Below, in pieces: positions 20,679-30,769 of a stretch of 64,000 nt of DNA (its first letter is position 1; each line of letters begins with the position of its first letter). A program made the translations under genes and the position numbers. The notes beneath the pieces are model-generated. The model was not told the DNA's origin and made no database searches. It saw nothing but the letters and a program-made list of their open reading frames with translations. The DNA comes from an uncultured Verrucomicrobiota bacterium (lineage in GTDB: Bacteria > Auribacterota > JABMQX01), in NCBI GenBank assembly GCA_964640185.1, contig CAZXGF010000014.1:3573-67572 (forward strand), written 5' to 3'.

Positions 20679-23600
20679 ATGAATCGCAGGAAGGTTTTGA
20701 CGGTCGCTCTACTGGTTACCCTGGCGTCCATTTCATTTTCTTCCCTCTGTCAGGACAAGCTGCTCATTATCGCTCCCGATGAATTCATTGACGAACTTCA
20801 ACCTCTGCGAGGCTTCAAAGAATGTAGCGGGAGACCGACGAAGCTGGTGAGTTTAACCGAGGTTTACAACAACTCTCTCTTCAACGGAGTGGACGAGCCG
20901 GAGGAGATCAAAAAGTGCATCGCCCATTACGAGAAAACCGCAGGCGTGAAATCCGTCCTTCTGGTGGGCGATGTGGACAAGTTCCCCGTCAGGTGGCGAT
21001 GGTGGGGAAGGTGGTTGCCGGAAGACCCGTACTTCCAGGGCGCATGGTCAGTGGTAAGCAACGCCTACGAGCAGTCCAACGAGCAAGATAAAAAGCCGTT
21101 TTGCTCCTGGGTGGACGTGGGTCCGCACAGTGAATACACAATCGAGGTGGATTGCACACCGCTGTCCGGCCACGCCACGTTGAGGGAGTTCCGGGTCTTC
21201 TTCGCCAATGCAGACATAGCGGGGGCTCGTCTCCGCGTGGATTTTCTGCCTTCGCAGGCGCGACTGGTCCTCTGTGAGAAAAACCTCTATGCGGCTCACA
21301 GTTTTCCATTGAACCAGACCTATCACGTGAAAATCGAGGTGGGTTCGAACAACGTCAAGGTCTGGGTGGGAAACACGAAACTCCACGACACGACTTTGAG
21401 CGCTTACAGCGTCGAAGGGCGGGGACTCATCGGTCTTGGCACGTATATGTGCCGCTGCAGGTTCGACAACTTCAAAGTCACCTCAAAGACCAGTGCAGTC
21501 CTGTGCAATGATGATTTCGGGGACGGAAAGGCCGATGACTTTACTCCCGCCCCCACAATGGAGGAGCGGGGATGGGCCGCCAGCGACCTGTACTACGCGG
21601 ACCTCTACAAGGAGGGAACGAAGACGTTCGATGACTGGAATGGCAACAAGAGTGCCAACGGCCACCACGAGCAACTGTACGGCGAGATCGAATGGGATGC
21701 TTCCGTCGCAGAATACTGTGTGGGATGCACCCTAAACAACGACAAGATTGATTTCCTGCCCGATGTGGGGGTGGGAAGGATCCCGGCGTCAACGAAGGAG
21801 GAGGTTGCCCGTTACGTGGACAAGGCGATTCGGTACGAACTGGATACCCGCCCCAACGGTCCCTGGTTCAAGAAAGCCGTGAATTATCAGGGCACGGTCG
21901 GGAATGCGTATACGATTGAGCAGGTGGATGCCGCTTTGAAGGCCAAAGGGTTTTCGGTCGTCAACCGGTGGTGGATGGGCGACTTGGCGAACTACAGTCC
22001 CGGTGACCGGCCCGAGGAGGTCATCAAGGGCTTCAATGGCGGCGCCGGATTCATCAATTATATAGGGGGACATGGCAGCAGCGACTGCTGGAGCTGCATA
22101 GGATTCTGTGGCGGCGGCACCGCACCGACAGAGATAACGAACTCGGGCATGCTTCCGATCGTGTTTTCCCCCGCCTGCTTCACTGGAAGGTTCACCTATA
22201 CGCCTCCTGCGGAGCCATACAGGGACGTGTACGGGAATTCGCACCAGGGAACAGCCAAGTGCCAGCGATTTCCTGGACCCCCCAATGCCGCGCAATACGC
22301 GCCGCCCAGCCCTATCCAGAGCGGTTTCGACGCCGGTTGCCTGGCAGAAGACCTTCTGTTCAAGTTCGGCAACCCGGCTGGCTCCGCGGGGGCCGTCGCG
22401 TATCTTGGAGCACGTTCAGCGGGGAGATACGGTCATGAACTGGCCGAGTTGTTCTATAAGGGCTACTCCGATTCGGCAAACCCGAGAAATACGCTGGGGA
22501 AACTGTGGTCGTATATGATCCGGGAATATTACAAAAAGAGGAGCCTCAAGAAGTACGAAACCACAAGCTATTTGGTCAATCAGTCGGGGACATGGGAGCA
22601 CGGGCATTACTTCGATGAACCGCAGAAGATCATCGTGTTTGGCGACCCTTCCCTGGTTATAGGAGGAGTGTCCGTCCCACCGGACGTGTTCGACGACCAG
22701 TTGCCCACAGGCGAACCTCGCAACGATACGTTCGCCGACCGGGCTATCATTCCGCTGGTAATCGAAGCCCGGCCTGCAAGCAGAAAGCTGCCGAGGGTGT
22801 CGCTCACTTTCGACGTCAAAGACGACGCCGATTTCTTCGAGATCCAGCTCGAGGCCGAACCACCGGGCATGGCGGACTGCTTGGAGCCGGGAGATCCGGG
22901 GTACGAGGATCCAAACCTGGTCCAGGGCTACCTGACGATTTACGCCAATTCCTGCATCCCTTCCGGCCCCGTGAAGGTATCCAAGGATCTCCAGAAATTC
23001 GACCTGAAACTCTACAATGTCCGTGGGCAGGAATATTATGATCCAGAGAACGTCACAAAAACGGGGTACAGCCTCACCCTCCAGTGCCCCCATCAGGTTT
23101 TCCCCGACGGCAAGATTCGTTTCTCCGTCCAGGGTAAGAGCGCCCTCCGCAATTTCTACAAAGTGACGTTGCTGTACCGGCGAAGTGTCCATCCGATTGA
23201 CGTGCCAAGCTGGGTGTTTGATCCGTTGCCCTACCCGCCGCTATTTCGGTTTCCGTTGCCTTGGCCGCCCTGGAGGCAGGCGGTCCGATGGATCTATCCG
23301 TCGAACCCGGAGGTCATCAACAGCTTCTTCGAGAACCCGGAGCCGGGCCCGTTGCCGCGCGAGTACGGCATATTCGGATGGCATGAGGAGGGCGACCTGA
23401 ATCTGTACCTTTTCACGGAAGGGGGCGATCACCTGGAGATGACATTGTACGACCTTGACGGCCAGATAATCGCCACAACGGTTGCCGAAGGCGATAGCCC
23501 TCTCGGTGAGCGAGCACCAGGGGATTCTTACGGACACATCCATGTGCCGGACCTTCCTCCAGGAACATATGTTCTGGGCTTCGGCCCCGGGGATTTCGCA

Positions 23601-24173
23601 ACCGAGTACTACTGGACCACTTCTCTCGCTCCTGCAGTCAGGGAAATCTTCCTGAACCGGGAAAAGCATTTCGAGATGGTCTGGGACAGCCTTGCAGAAC
23701 AGATGTACACGATCTACTCGTGCCCCGACCTCCAGACAGGATGGTGGAACGAGGAAGCCTCGGTCTGGGCCGAAGGCCCACTCATGTCGTGGGCCGACGC
23801 GAACGTCAGAGGGATTCGTAAGTTTTACAGGGTCGGCGTCAGCATGGAACCCGGGATGTTCCTCGGCGCCTGGGTCAACGAGTCTTCCGAGACAAACAAC
23901 ATTACGCACCTTGAGATTCGAGAGGAAGAGGACGAGCTCTTCGTCCATGTGTGGGGGAAATGCCACCCGGAGGATTGCGATTGGGGGGAACAAGGAACCG
24001 CTGTCGCTGACGCTTACGACGGCACCCTCACTATCGTATGGGATCACGGCTTTGCGATTGAAGAGCAAGAGTTGTCCATGATCCGTGAGGGCTACCTCAA
24101 GCTGGTCGGCCACAAACAGTATTTCGATGAAAGACCAGAGGTGTTCTACACGGACTTCTTTGAGAGACCGTGA
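20679..24173 (+). CDS. Secreted C25 (gingipain-family) cysteine peptidase with an inserted lectin-fold domain and C-terminal modules
   Basis: Signal peptide; LLIIAPDEF, VLLVGDVDKFP, SDLYYADL, PDVGVGRIP, catalytic His in INYIGGHG and Cys in VFSPACFTG, FGDPSL; FYRV module near 23640-23845; terminal WGKCHPEDCDWG domain; start at ATG 20679 behind AAGGAG. Confidence 0.85.
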   Translation: MNRRKVLTVALLVTLASISFSSLCQDKLLIIAPDEFIDELQPLRGFKECSGRPTKLVSLTEVYNNSLFNGVDEPEEIKKCIAHYEKTAGVKSVLLVGDVDKFPVRWRWWGRWLPEDPYFQGAWSVVSNAYEQSNEQDKKPFCSWVDVGPHSEYTIEVDCTPLSGHATLREFRVFFANADIAGARLRVDFLPSQARLVLCEKNLYAAHSFPLNQTYHVKIEVGSNNVKVWVGNTKLHDTTLSAYSVEGRGLIGLGTYMCRCRFDNFKVTSKTSAVLCNDDFGDGKADDFTPAPTMEERGWAASDLYYADLYKEGTKTFDDWNGNKSANGHHEQLYGEIEWDASVAEYCVGCTLNNDKIDFLPDVGVGRIPASTKEEVARYVDKAIRYELDTRPNGPWFKKAVNYQGTVGNAYTIEQVDAALKAKGFSVVNRWWMGDLANYSPGDRPEEVIKGFNGGAGFINYIGGHGSSDCWSCIGFCGGGTAPTEITNSGMLPIVFSPACFTGRFTYTPPAEPYRDVYGNSHQGTAKCQRFPGPPNAAQYAPPSPIQSGFDAGCLAEDLLFKFGNPAGSAGAVAYLGARSAGRYGHELAELFYKGYSDSANPRNTLGKLWSYMIREYYKKRSLKKYETTSYLVNQSGTWEHGHYFDEPQKIIVFGDPSLVIGGVSVPPDVFDDQLPTGEPRNDTFADRAIIPLVIEARPASRKLPRVSLTFDVKDDADFFEIQLEAEPPGMADCLEPGDPGYEDPNLVQGYLTIYANSCIPSGPVKVSKDLQKFDLKLYNVRGQEYYDPENVTKTGYSLTLQCPHQVFPDGKIRFSVQGKSALRNFYKVTLLYRRSVHPIDVPSWVFDPLPYPPLFRFPLPWPPWRQAVRWIYPSNPEVINSFFENPEPGPLPREYGIFGWHEEGDLNLYLFTEGGDHLEMTLYDLDGQIIATTVAEGDSPLGERAPGDSYGHIHVPDLPPGTYVLGFGPGDFATEYYWTTSLAPAVREIFLNREKHFEMVWDSLAEQMYTIYSCPDLQTGWWNEEASVWAEGPLMSWADANVRGIRKFYRVGVSMEPGMFLGAWVNESSETNNITHLEIREEEDELFVHVWGKCHPEDCDWGEQGTAVADAYDGTLTIVWDHGFAIEEQELSMIREGYLKLVGHKQYFDERPEVFYTDFFERP

Positions 24174-24460
24174 ACGGTTTGCTTCATGGATATGAAATGC
24201 CGTACACCTGTCTCAGCATGGACGGAATGAGCACCGCCGCGTCGGACGTTCCGGCGCCCTGTCGCGCCGTCGAGATTGGCGGGGCGGGGTCGCCGAGCGC
24301 TGGATGGCGTCGCGGCACGTTCCGTGTAGCGTGGACGACTTCGGCTCCGAGGCCTGCTCGACACGGGGTCGAGACTCTCCCACTTCATTTCTGTGGGCAG
24401 TGAGCCGGAGAGCAAAGAAGGAATGAGAAGAACCGATTGACTCTTGAGAGGACGGCAGCT

Positions 24461-26290
24461 ATGAGAAGAACATGGACAGCAATTGTATGTCTCCTGATTG
24501 TATCCTTGAGTGGCCTGGCTACGGCCTGGGAAATGTGGTATGTGGACATTTCTGTGCCGACGCCCGGTGATGGAACCTCCTGGGCGAAGGCGTTCAATCG
24601 CATCCAGCACGGAATTGATGCGGCGAAAAACGGCGACGTTGTCATGGCGGCACAGGGGGAATACCATGAGAACATCCGCTTCAAGGGGAAAAACATCAGT
24701 CTCACGGGGATGGATCGGCCCAACACCGTCATTTCCGGTGATTCGGTTGGTCCCGCAGTAACGTTTCTGGGGATGGAGGACAACACATGCTCGCTTTCCG
24801 AATTCACCATTCGGTCGGGACGCGCCCCTAACGGCGGAGGAATCCTGGGCAACGGCTGCCGGGCGAGGATACAGAATAACGACATCACTTCAAACGTTGC
24901 GGAAGAGTGCGGCGGGGGTCTGTACGGCTGCCACGGTCTAATCCAGGGCAACACAATCATGAGCAATCAGGCGAAATTGAATGGCGGCGGCTTGTACCAT
25001 TGTGACGGGATGATCTATAACAACACCATCCTCTGGAACATAGCGGAAGGTTACAGAGACAAATACGTCGTGCCTCCTCACGGTCGTGGAGGCGGGCTGT
25101 GCGCCTGCCACGGCACCATTCAAGGCAATACAATTAGAGTCAATGAAGCCCTTTTCGGGGGCGGGCTCTGCGAATGCTGCGCGACCATTCAATACAATAC
25201 CATCGTGTCGAATCAGGCGGTTATGGTTACCATTCCGAGTCATGGGGCTTTTGGAGGTGGAGGTGGGGGACTCTGCTCGTGCGGGGCCATTATTCGGTAC
25301 AACACGATTCAGGCCAACACCGGGGAGTTCAACGGAGGTGGTCTGGCTGATTGTAACGGTATCATTCAGGAGAACACAATCAGCGGTAATGTAGCCGACA
25401 TCCAGGGCGGCGGCCTGGCCGCTTGCGATGGTCTGATTCAAGATAATATCATTGAGGGGAACTTCGCGGACTTCTGCGGAGGTTTGATTGCCTGTATGGG
25501 CAAAATCCTGAACAATTTCATCTTCGATAACTACTCCGATACCGGTGCCGGGGGCCTCGGTTTTTGCGATGCCTTGATCCGCGGCAACCTGATCCTGGGA
25601 AACACGGCGAGCGGGGGCCAGGGCGGTGGTCTGTTCCGCTGTCACGAGCACATCTCGTGCAACACTATTGTGGGAAACTGGGCGGATGAGGGCGGTGGAA
25701 TCTACTGGTGCGAGGGCACAGTCCGCAACAACATCGTTTGGGGCAACGACGCTAACGTCGGTCGTCAGATTCACTACCAAACGAATCCGACGTATTGCTG
25801 CATCGAGGGCTGGACCGCAGGGGGTGAAGGGAACATCATCAGCGGCCCGGTATTCGTTGACCCCGATGGCCCGGATAGTGATCCCAGCACGTTCGAAGAC
25901 AACGACTACAGGCTCGGGTCGCGGTCACCGTGCATAGACAAGGGATACAATGAACCGTGGATGATGTGGGCTGCAAGGGACTTGGATGGCAACAATCGCG
26001 TTTTCAAAGGAAGCTTCTCCTCCACTGTGGACATGGGCGCTTACGAGTTCGGCTCTCGCGTGTTCCAGATCGTTGATGTGAAAAGAACTACTCGCGGGGT
26101 CATAGAATTGACGTGGGATAGCAATTCGGGCGAGAGCTACGCTGTCTGGTCTCGCTTCTCTCTCCCAAGCGGCGGGGTCGTTGGTTTCTGGATAAAGGAG
26201 GCAACAGTTTCGTCCCAAGGTTCGAGCACACAATGGTCCGATACCTCCGCCAGCGGCGAAAGCAAGTTCTACCGGGTTGAGTTGCAGTAG
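24461..26290 (+). CDS. Secreted right-handed beta-helix protein with 12 Cys-containing GGGL repeats, choice-of-anchor-Q-like region and C-terminal FYRV module
   Basis: Signal peptide; WYVD...GDGTSWAKAFNRIQHGID; repeats GGGL-x-x-C-x-x-x-I-x-x-N-x-I; P.FVD...DYRL...SPCIDKG...VDMGAYEF. Confidence 0.85.
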   Translation: MRRTWTAIVCLLIVSLSGLATAWEMWYVDISVPTPGDGTSWAKAFNRIQHGIDAAKNGDVVMAAQGEYHENIRFKGKNISLTGMDRPNTVISGDSVGPAVTFLGMEDNTCSLSEFTIRSGRAPNGGGILGNGCRARIQNNDITSNVAEECGGGLYGCHGLIQGNTIMSNQAKLNGGGLYHCDGMIYNNTILWNIAEGYRDKYVVPPHGRGGGLCACHGTIQGNTIRVNEALFGGGLCECCATIQYNTIVSNQAVMVTIPSHGAFGGGGGGLCSCGAIIRYNTIQANTGEFNGGGLADCNGIIQENTISGNVADIQGGGLAACDGLIQDNIIEGNFADFCGGLIACMGKILNNFIFDNYSDTGAGGLGFCDALIRGNLILGNTASGGQGGGLFRCHEHISCNTIVGNWADEGGGIYWCEGTVRNNIVWGNDANVGRQIHYQTNPTYCCIEGWTAGGEGNIISGPVFVDPDGPDSDPSTFEDNDYRLGSRSPCIDKGYNEPWMMWAARDLDGNNRVFKGSFSSTVDMGAYEFGSRVFQIVDVKRTTRGVIELTWDSNSGESYAVWSRFSLPSGGVVGFWIKEATVSSQGSSTQWSDTSASGESKFYRVELQ

Positions 26291-26490
26291 CTTGGTGAGG
26301 CGTCTGCTTACGGCGGGCAAGTACGCTCCTGCCAACGCTGATCTGAACAAGGGAACCGTATGGGCGGTTGACCAACTTCGGTCCAACAAATGAGTCCAGA
26401 CCGAGTGCTTTTGGATTCCCTCTTCCCTGCGCGACCGAAGCGGCAAAGGAGGGCATAAGGGCTTCAGTAACAACGAAGGAGGGCTGTCTT

Positions 26491-28074
26491 ATGTTGAATC
26501 GCAATCTGCTAATGAATGCTGTCTTGGTCAGCTTTCTGGCGGCCGCGGCCCCGGCGACTGCTTGGGGGGACTCGAGCACCCTCGTGAGGCCGGGCCAATC
26601 GAGGTTTTACCGCGTGCGCTCCAATGGAGAGCCGCCCGACAGCGCGAACATACTCTCCATCGAAATTGCCGGTGACATGATTTCCTTGACATGGGAACCC
26701 TTCGGCACAAGCGTCTATCGCGTGCAATACACTGACGACCTTACTTCCGAAAATTGGTCCGACGTGCCCGGCACTACTTGGCCAATAGCGGAGGAACAGT
26801 GGAGCGGCGACGATATATCACCCCCGATCTACTACGTCTCGACTGTCGGAAATGACAGCAATCCCGGCACGATAGATCAGCCCTGGCGCACCATTCAGCA
26901 CGCCGCGGAAATGGTGGCCGCCGGCGATACGGTCTACATCAGGGGGGGAACGTACAACGAACAAGTGCTGATGGAAACCAGCGGAAGCGCTGCCGAAGGG
27001 TACATTACGTTCGCTGCTTATCCCGGGGAAACGCCGGTGATCGACGGAACCGGCGAGATCGGGAACAACGGTGTACTGATCCCTGTCGGCTACATCAGGC
27101 TGCTTGGCCTGGAGATTCAGAACTGGCCGGACTGCGGCCTTTGGATGGAAGGCGCCTACCACTTCGAGATCGCCGACTGCAAAGTCCACGACGTCTCGTG
27201 CGGGATTGGAGTCGCATACGGCGCCCATGATTTCGTGCTGAACCGGGTGGAGATGTACAGGTTCACTCTGTACGGGTTCGATGCCTCCCCTTCTGGAGGA
27301 GCAGACTGTTACAACGGTACGTTCAACGATTGCGTCGCCCACACGTGCAGGGACCCCGAGCAGAATGTGGACGGGTTTGCTCTCGGTCACGGCACCCAGC
27401 ACGGTTTTGTGTTCAACCGCTGCCAGACCTATGGAGTGTTTGACGGATTCGACATGAGTTCGCGGAACACCACACTGAATCGCTGTTCGGCCCACGACTG
27501 TATGAATGGCGGATACAAGATCTGGCAGAAAGATATAACGCTGGTCAACTGTCTCAGCTACCACAACGGGGAGACCAACGTGGAGTTGGATTGGTCGGGG
27601 GAGGCGAAAACGACAACTCTGAGGAACTGCACGTTTGTGGATTGCGGGACATTCAATGTCTGGGTTGAGAACGCCGCTGACTGCGTGCACATGTACAACT
27701 GCATCCTTGTGGGCGGCGACAACATTGCACTGGCAATAGAGGCTCTCGCCAGCTATCAAGGCGACTACAACGTGTTCCACAACGACAATGCCGAGCGTGC
27801 TATCGTGGTCTGGGGGGAGGATGCAGAGTTCTCTTTACAGATGATCCAGGATGGAGATTGGTCCACGCACAGCGGTCAAGACCTACATTCACTTGTCTGC
27901 TCCGATCCAAACTCTCAGCTTTTCGAGGACTTGGGCAACTGGGACTTTCACTTGAGAGAGGGGAGCATTGCCATAGATAAAGGCACCGCAGACAACGCGC
28001 CGCCCAACGGCCATGACGGCGTGAGCAGACCCCAGGGCGCGGGCTTTGACATAGGCGCTTACGAGAGGAGGTAA
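26491..28074 (+). CDS. Secreted right-handed beta-helix protein (DUF1565/PL9-like, choice-of-anchor-Q-like end) with an N-terminal FYRV-type module
   Basis: Signal peptide; YYVSTVGNDSNPGTIDQPWRTIQHAA...AGDTVYIRGGTY; DFHLREGSIAIDKG...FDIGAYE; start at ATG 26491 behind AAGGAGG. Confidence 0.85.
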   Translation: MLNRNLLMNAVLVSFLAAAAPATAWGDSSTLVRPGQSRFYRVRSNGEPPDSANILSIEIAGDMISLTWEPFGTSVYRVQYTDDLTSENWSDVPGTTWPIAEEQWSGDDISPPIYYVSTVGNDSNPGTIDQPWRTIQHAAEMVAAGDTVYIRGGTYNEQVLMETSGSAAEGYITFAAYPGETPVIDGTGEIGNNGVLIPVGYIRLLGLEIQNWPDCGLWMEGAYHFEIADCKVHDVSCGIGVAYGAHDFVLNRVEMYRFTLYGFDASPSGGADCYNGTFNDCVAHTCRDPEQNVDGFALGHGTQHGFVFNRCQTYGVFDGFDMSSRNTTLNRCSAHDCMNGGYKIWQKDITLVNCLSYHNGETNVELDWSGEAKTTTLRNCTFVDCGTFNVWVENAADCVHMYNCILVGGDNIALAIEALASYQGDYNVFHNDNAERAIVVWGEDAEFSLQMIQDGDWSTHSGQDLHSLVCSDPNSQLFEDLGNWDFHLREGSIAIDKGTADNAPPNGHDGVSRPQGAGFDIGAYERR

Positions 28075-28535
28075 GGCGCACAGCAAGGGCGGCGCGCCCC
28101 GGAAGCCCGGCTCTTCGAGCAGCAAAGAGTGTCCCGATTCTCCGGCGCGATTCTGCGCGAACCAGTTTCAGCTACGCGTCGTTTCGGCCCCACCCTTAGA
28201 ATCGCCTGACATTCATTTGAACGGCAAACGGACACCAGGAGGCGAAACGAAAGAATGGAAAACGGGAACTGCGAAAAGAAAAACCACTGGCCCCGAACTC
28301 TCGGTGTCGGTTTGTCGGGCGCGAGCAGAGATGTTCTCCGCGACAGTCATAAGTTATTGGCGGCTGCTTTTGCGCTGTGGGCCATCTGCTGAAGTGGCTT
28401 TGGCATCCTGCTTCCCATCGCTGCGATAATCATTGACGTTTTCATCATCTCGGTTCTCCGCCGCAAGAACAATTACGTTTCCGCCGTTTCCCCGGTTTGT
28501 CAAAAGGCGGAGCTTTGAGCTGCTAAGCATGAGTT

Positions 28536-29113
28536 GTAACTATTCAGGTAGCATAGCCGTTGAGAATGGGGATTTCAAGGCAGGCAGAAAAAAAGTGTAG
28601 CAGCCGTTCTCCCATCTCGGTAAGTTATTCCACGGAGGAAATCAACGGGGCTCTGCGCCCCCTCCTTCCCCTGCGGGTTTCTGTGGTGGCGCAGCGTTGC
28701 GAGGATCACGCTCCATTCCGGTGTCTGTTGTCGCGTCATCACTATCTGGGACTGCGAAACACCGTGGGGGAAAACCTGAGCTATCTGGTTCGGGACAATA
28801 CCGGGCGGCCGCTGTCGTGCCGGTTGTTTGGCAGCGCCGCTTGGAAGACGGCGCCGCGGGATGTCTTTATCGGCTGGGACGCTCCAACCCGGGGAAGAAA
28901 CCTTTCGAAGCAAAACCGGCGGTAGTGATTTCTGCCGCATCCGGAGTTACATTTCAACCGTCCGAAAACATGCCCTCAATGTCATTGACGCCATCCACAG
29001 CGTTTTCCCGGGAACTCCTTTCCTCCCGTCACTCGATAGCTGATAACGCCTTTCCAAGAAGCTTTGCTTGCCTCCATGCACGCGAAGTCAGCGGAAAGTA
29101 TCTGAATAATTAC
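28536..29113 (+). mobile_element. Internally deleted IS66-family element carrying a DUF4338 (DruA-like) fragment
   Basis: Terminal IRs GTAACTATTCAGGTA (28536-28550) and TATCTGAATAATTAC (29099-29113), 13/15 match; fragment HHYLGLRNTVGENLSYLV...FGSAAWK...RD.FIGW; IS66 transposase tail FCRIRSYISTVRKH..NVIDAI..VF.G.PF.P; no target duplication visible. Confidence 0.75.
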
Positions 29114-29298
29114 GCCGGGGCTTCGATCAGACCGGAGATGCGAAAGCACATAGGGACTTGGTTTCGCGAGAAGTTTCGCGAAGACTTGTTGGAAACGGAC
29201 TTTGAGGATATACTGGAGGAAGGGTGGCATGGGACCACCTTTGCCCGAACTGGGCCGACAGGCCTGCTTGTGATTTTTCCGTAAAGGAGACTACCACC

Positions 29299-30762
29299 GT
29301 GAACAAGACCATGAGTCGTCGCAGCTTCATTTCGAAAGCCGCTTTGGGCGCCACGGGGCTACTGATTCTCAAGGACAGCCGATCGGCCCGCGGCGCGCCT
29401 GCCAATGGAAGAATCAACGTCGCTCTCATCGGAGTGGGGGGCCGTGGCAGGTGGTTTGTTGACACGATACCGAGGATGGAAAACGTGGTTGCCATCTGCG
29501 ACGTCAATGACCGCAAGATTGCCGAGGCCCATAAGCGGTGGGCGAATCTCGCGGACCGTTTTGCGGTTTCATCGCACCAATGGGAGCGGTCGGCAGCCCC
29601 GGCCTTCCGCCGGCTGGCCGACGAAAAAGTCCGGGCGTTTCACGACTTCCGCAAGATGCTCGACGAGATGGGAAAGCGGATTGATGCGGTCATCATCGCC
29701 ACTCCCGAGCACACCCACGCTGTCGCATCGGCGGCTGCCATCCGGGCAGGCAAGCACGTTTTCTGCGAGAAGCCGTTAACGCGAATCGTGCATGAGTCCC
29801 GCGCCCTCGCGGACCTGGCCAGGAAACACAAGGTCGCGACTTCCATGGGCAACCAGGGAACTGCGAGCGGGCAGTTCCGTCGCGCCCTCGAGCTCATCCG
29901 GGATGGCACAATCGGAGAGATTAAAGAGGTACATGTTTGGAACACCAGCGGTGGCGCCGATCGGAAGAAGCCGCCCCAGGGAAGCCGACCTGTTCCCGAT
30001 TACTTGAACTGGGACCTGTGGCTCGGCCCGGCAGCGTTCCGGCCTTACCATCCTGAGTGGATGATCCGGAACCTCTGGCGAGATTTCGGCACCTCCCAAC
30101 TGGGCAACTGGGCCAGTCACAGCGCGAACCTCGCCTTCATGGCCCTGAAGGTGCATGAGCTGTGGCAGGCTGACCCCTCGAGGCAACCGAGGCAGCTCAT
30201 CTGCTTCGAGGCCAACTGCTCGGTGATCAACCATCGCTCGTTTCCCCGCTGGGAAGTTGTGAGCTGGGAGGTCCCTGCTCGCGCTGAGTTCCCGCCAATC
30301 ACGTTCACCTGGCACAACGGCAGGGCTGCCAGCAGTCGAGACCTTCTCGAAAATCTCATTGGCGACGGTCTGGATTGGGGTGACAAGAAAGAGAAAAAGT
30401 ACCTGGACCATGCAGGCGCCGTGATTGTTGGCACGAAGGGAAGGATTCACGCCACCGCCCACAACGCCACGTTCCGCCTCTTGCCCGAGGCGGACTTCAA
30501 GGATGTCGCGAGAGACCGCCCAAAGACGGTAGATGCCTCCCGCGGCCACGAGATGGACTGGTTCATCGCCTGCCGCGGCGGCAAGCCCGCCTGGGCGAGA
30601 TTCGAATATGCTGGTCCATTGACGGAGTTCCTCATGCTTGGCAACGTCGCCACTCAGGTCGAGGGCCGTCTCGAATTTGACCCTGTGGAGTGCAAAATCG
30701 TCAACAATGCACGCGCGGATAACCTCCTGCGCAGCAAGTATCGGCAAGGATGGACCTTGTGA
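29299..30762 (+). CDS. Gfo/Idh/MocA-family oxidoreductase, Tat-exported
   Basis: SRRSFISK Tat motif; INVALIGVGGRG, DAVIIATPEHTH, GKHVFCEKPL, MGNQG and WDLWLGPA motifs; GTG start behind AAGGAG. Confidence 0.93.
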   Translation: MNKTMSRRSFISKAALGATGLLILKDSRSARGAPANGRINVALIGVGGRGRWFVDTIPRMENVVAICDVNDRKIAEAHKRWANLADRFAVSSHQWERSAAPAFRRLADEKVRAFHDFRKMLDEMGKRIDAVIIATPEHTHAVASAAAIRAGKHVFCEKPLTRIVHESRALADLARKHKVATSMGNQGTASGQFRRALELIRDGTIGEIKEVHVWNTSGGADRKKPPQGSRPVPDYLNWDLWLGPAAFRPYHPEWMIRNLWRDFGTSQLGNWASHSANLAFMALKVHELWQADPSRQPRQLICFEANCSVINHRSFPRWEVVSWEVPARAEFPPITFTWHNGRAASSRDLLENLIGDGLDWGDKKEKKYLDHAGAVIVGTKGRIHATAHNATFRLLPEADFKDVARDRPKTVDASRGHEMDWFIACRGGKPAWARFEYAGPLTEFLMLGNVATQVEGRLEFDPVECKIVNNARADNLLRSKYRQGWTL

Positions 30763-30769
30763 AAAGGGT

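Noticed and set aside
28560-28925. Functional Druantia anti-phage system
   Set aside because: Only a truncated DUF4338 fragment inside IS ends; no DruE helicase or other dru genes.
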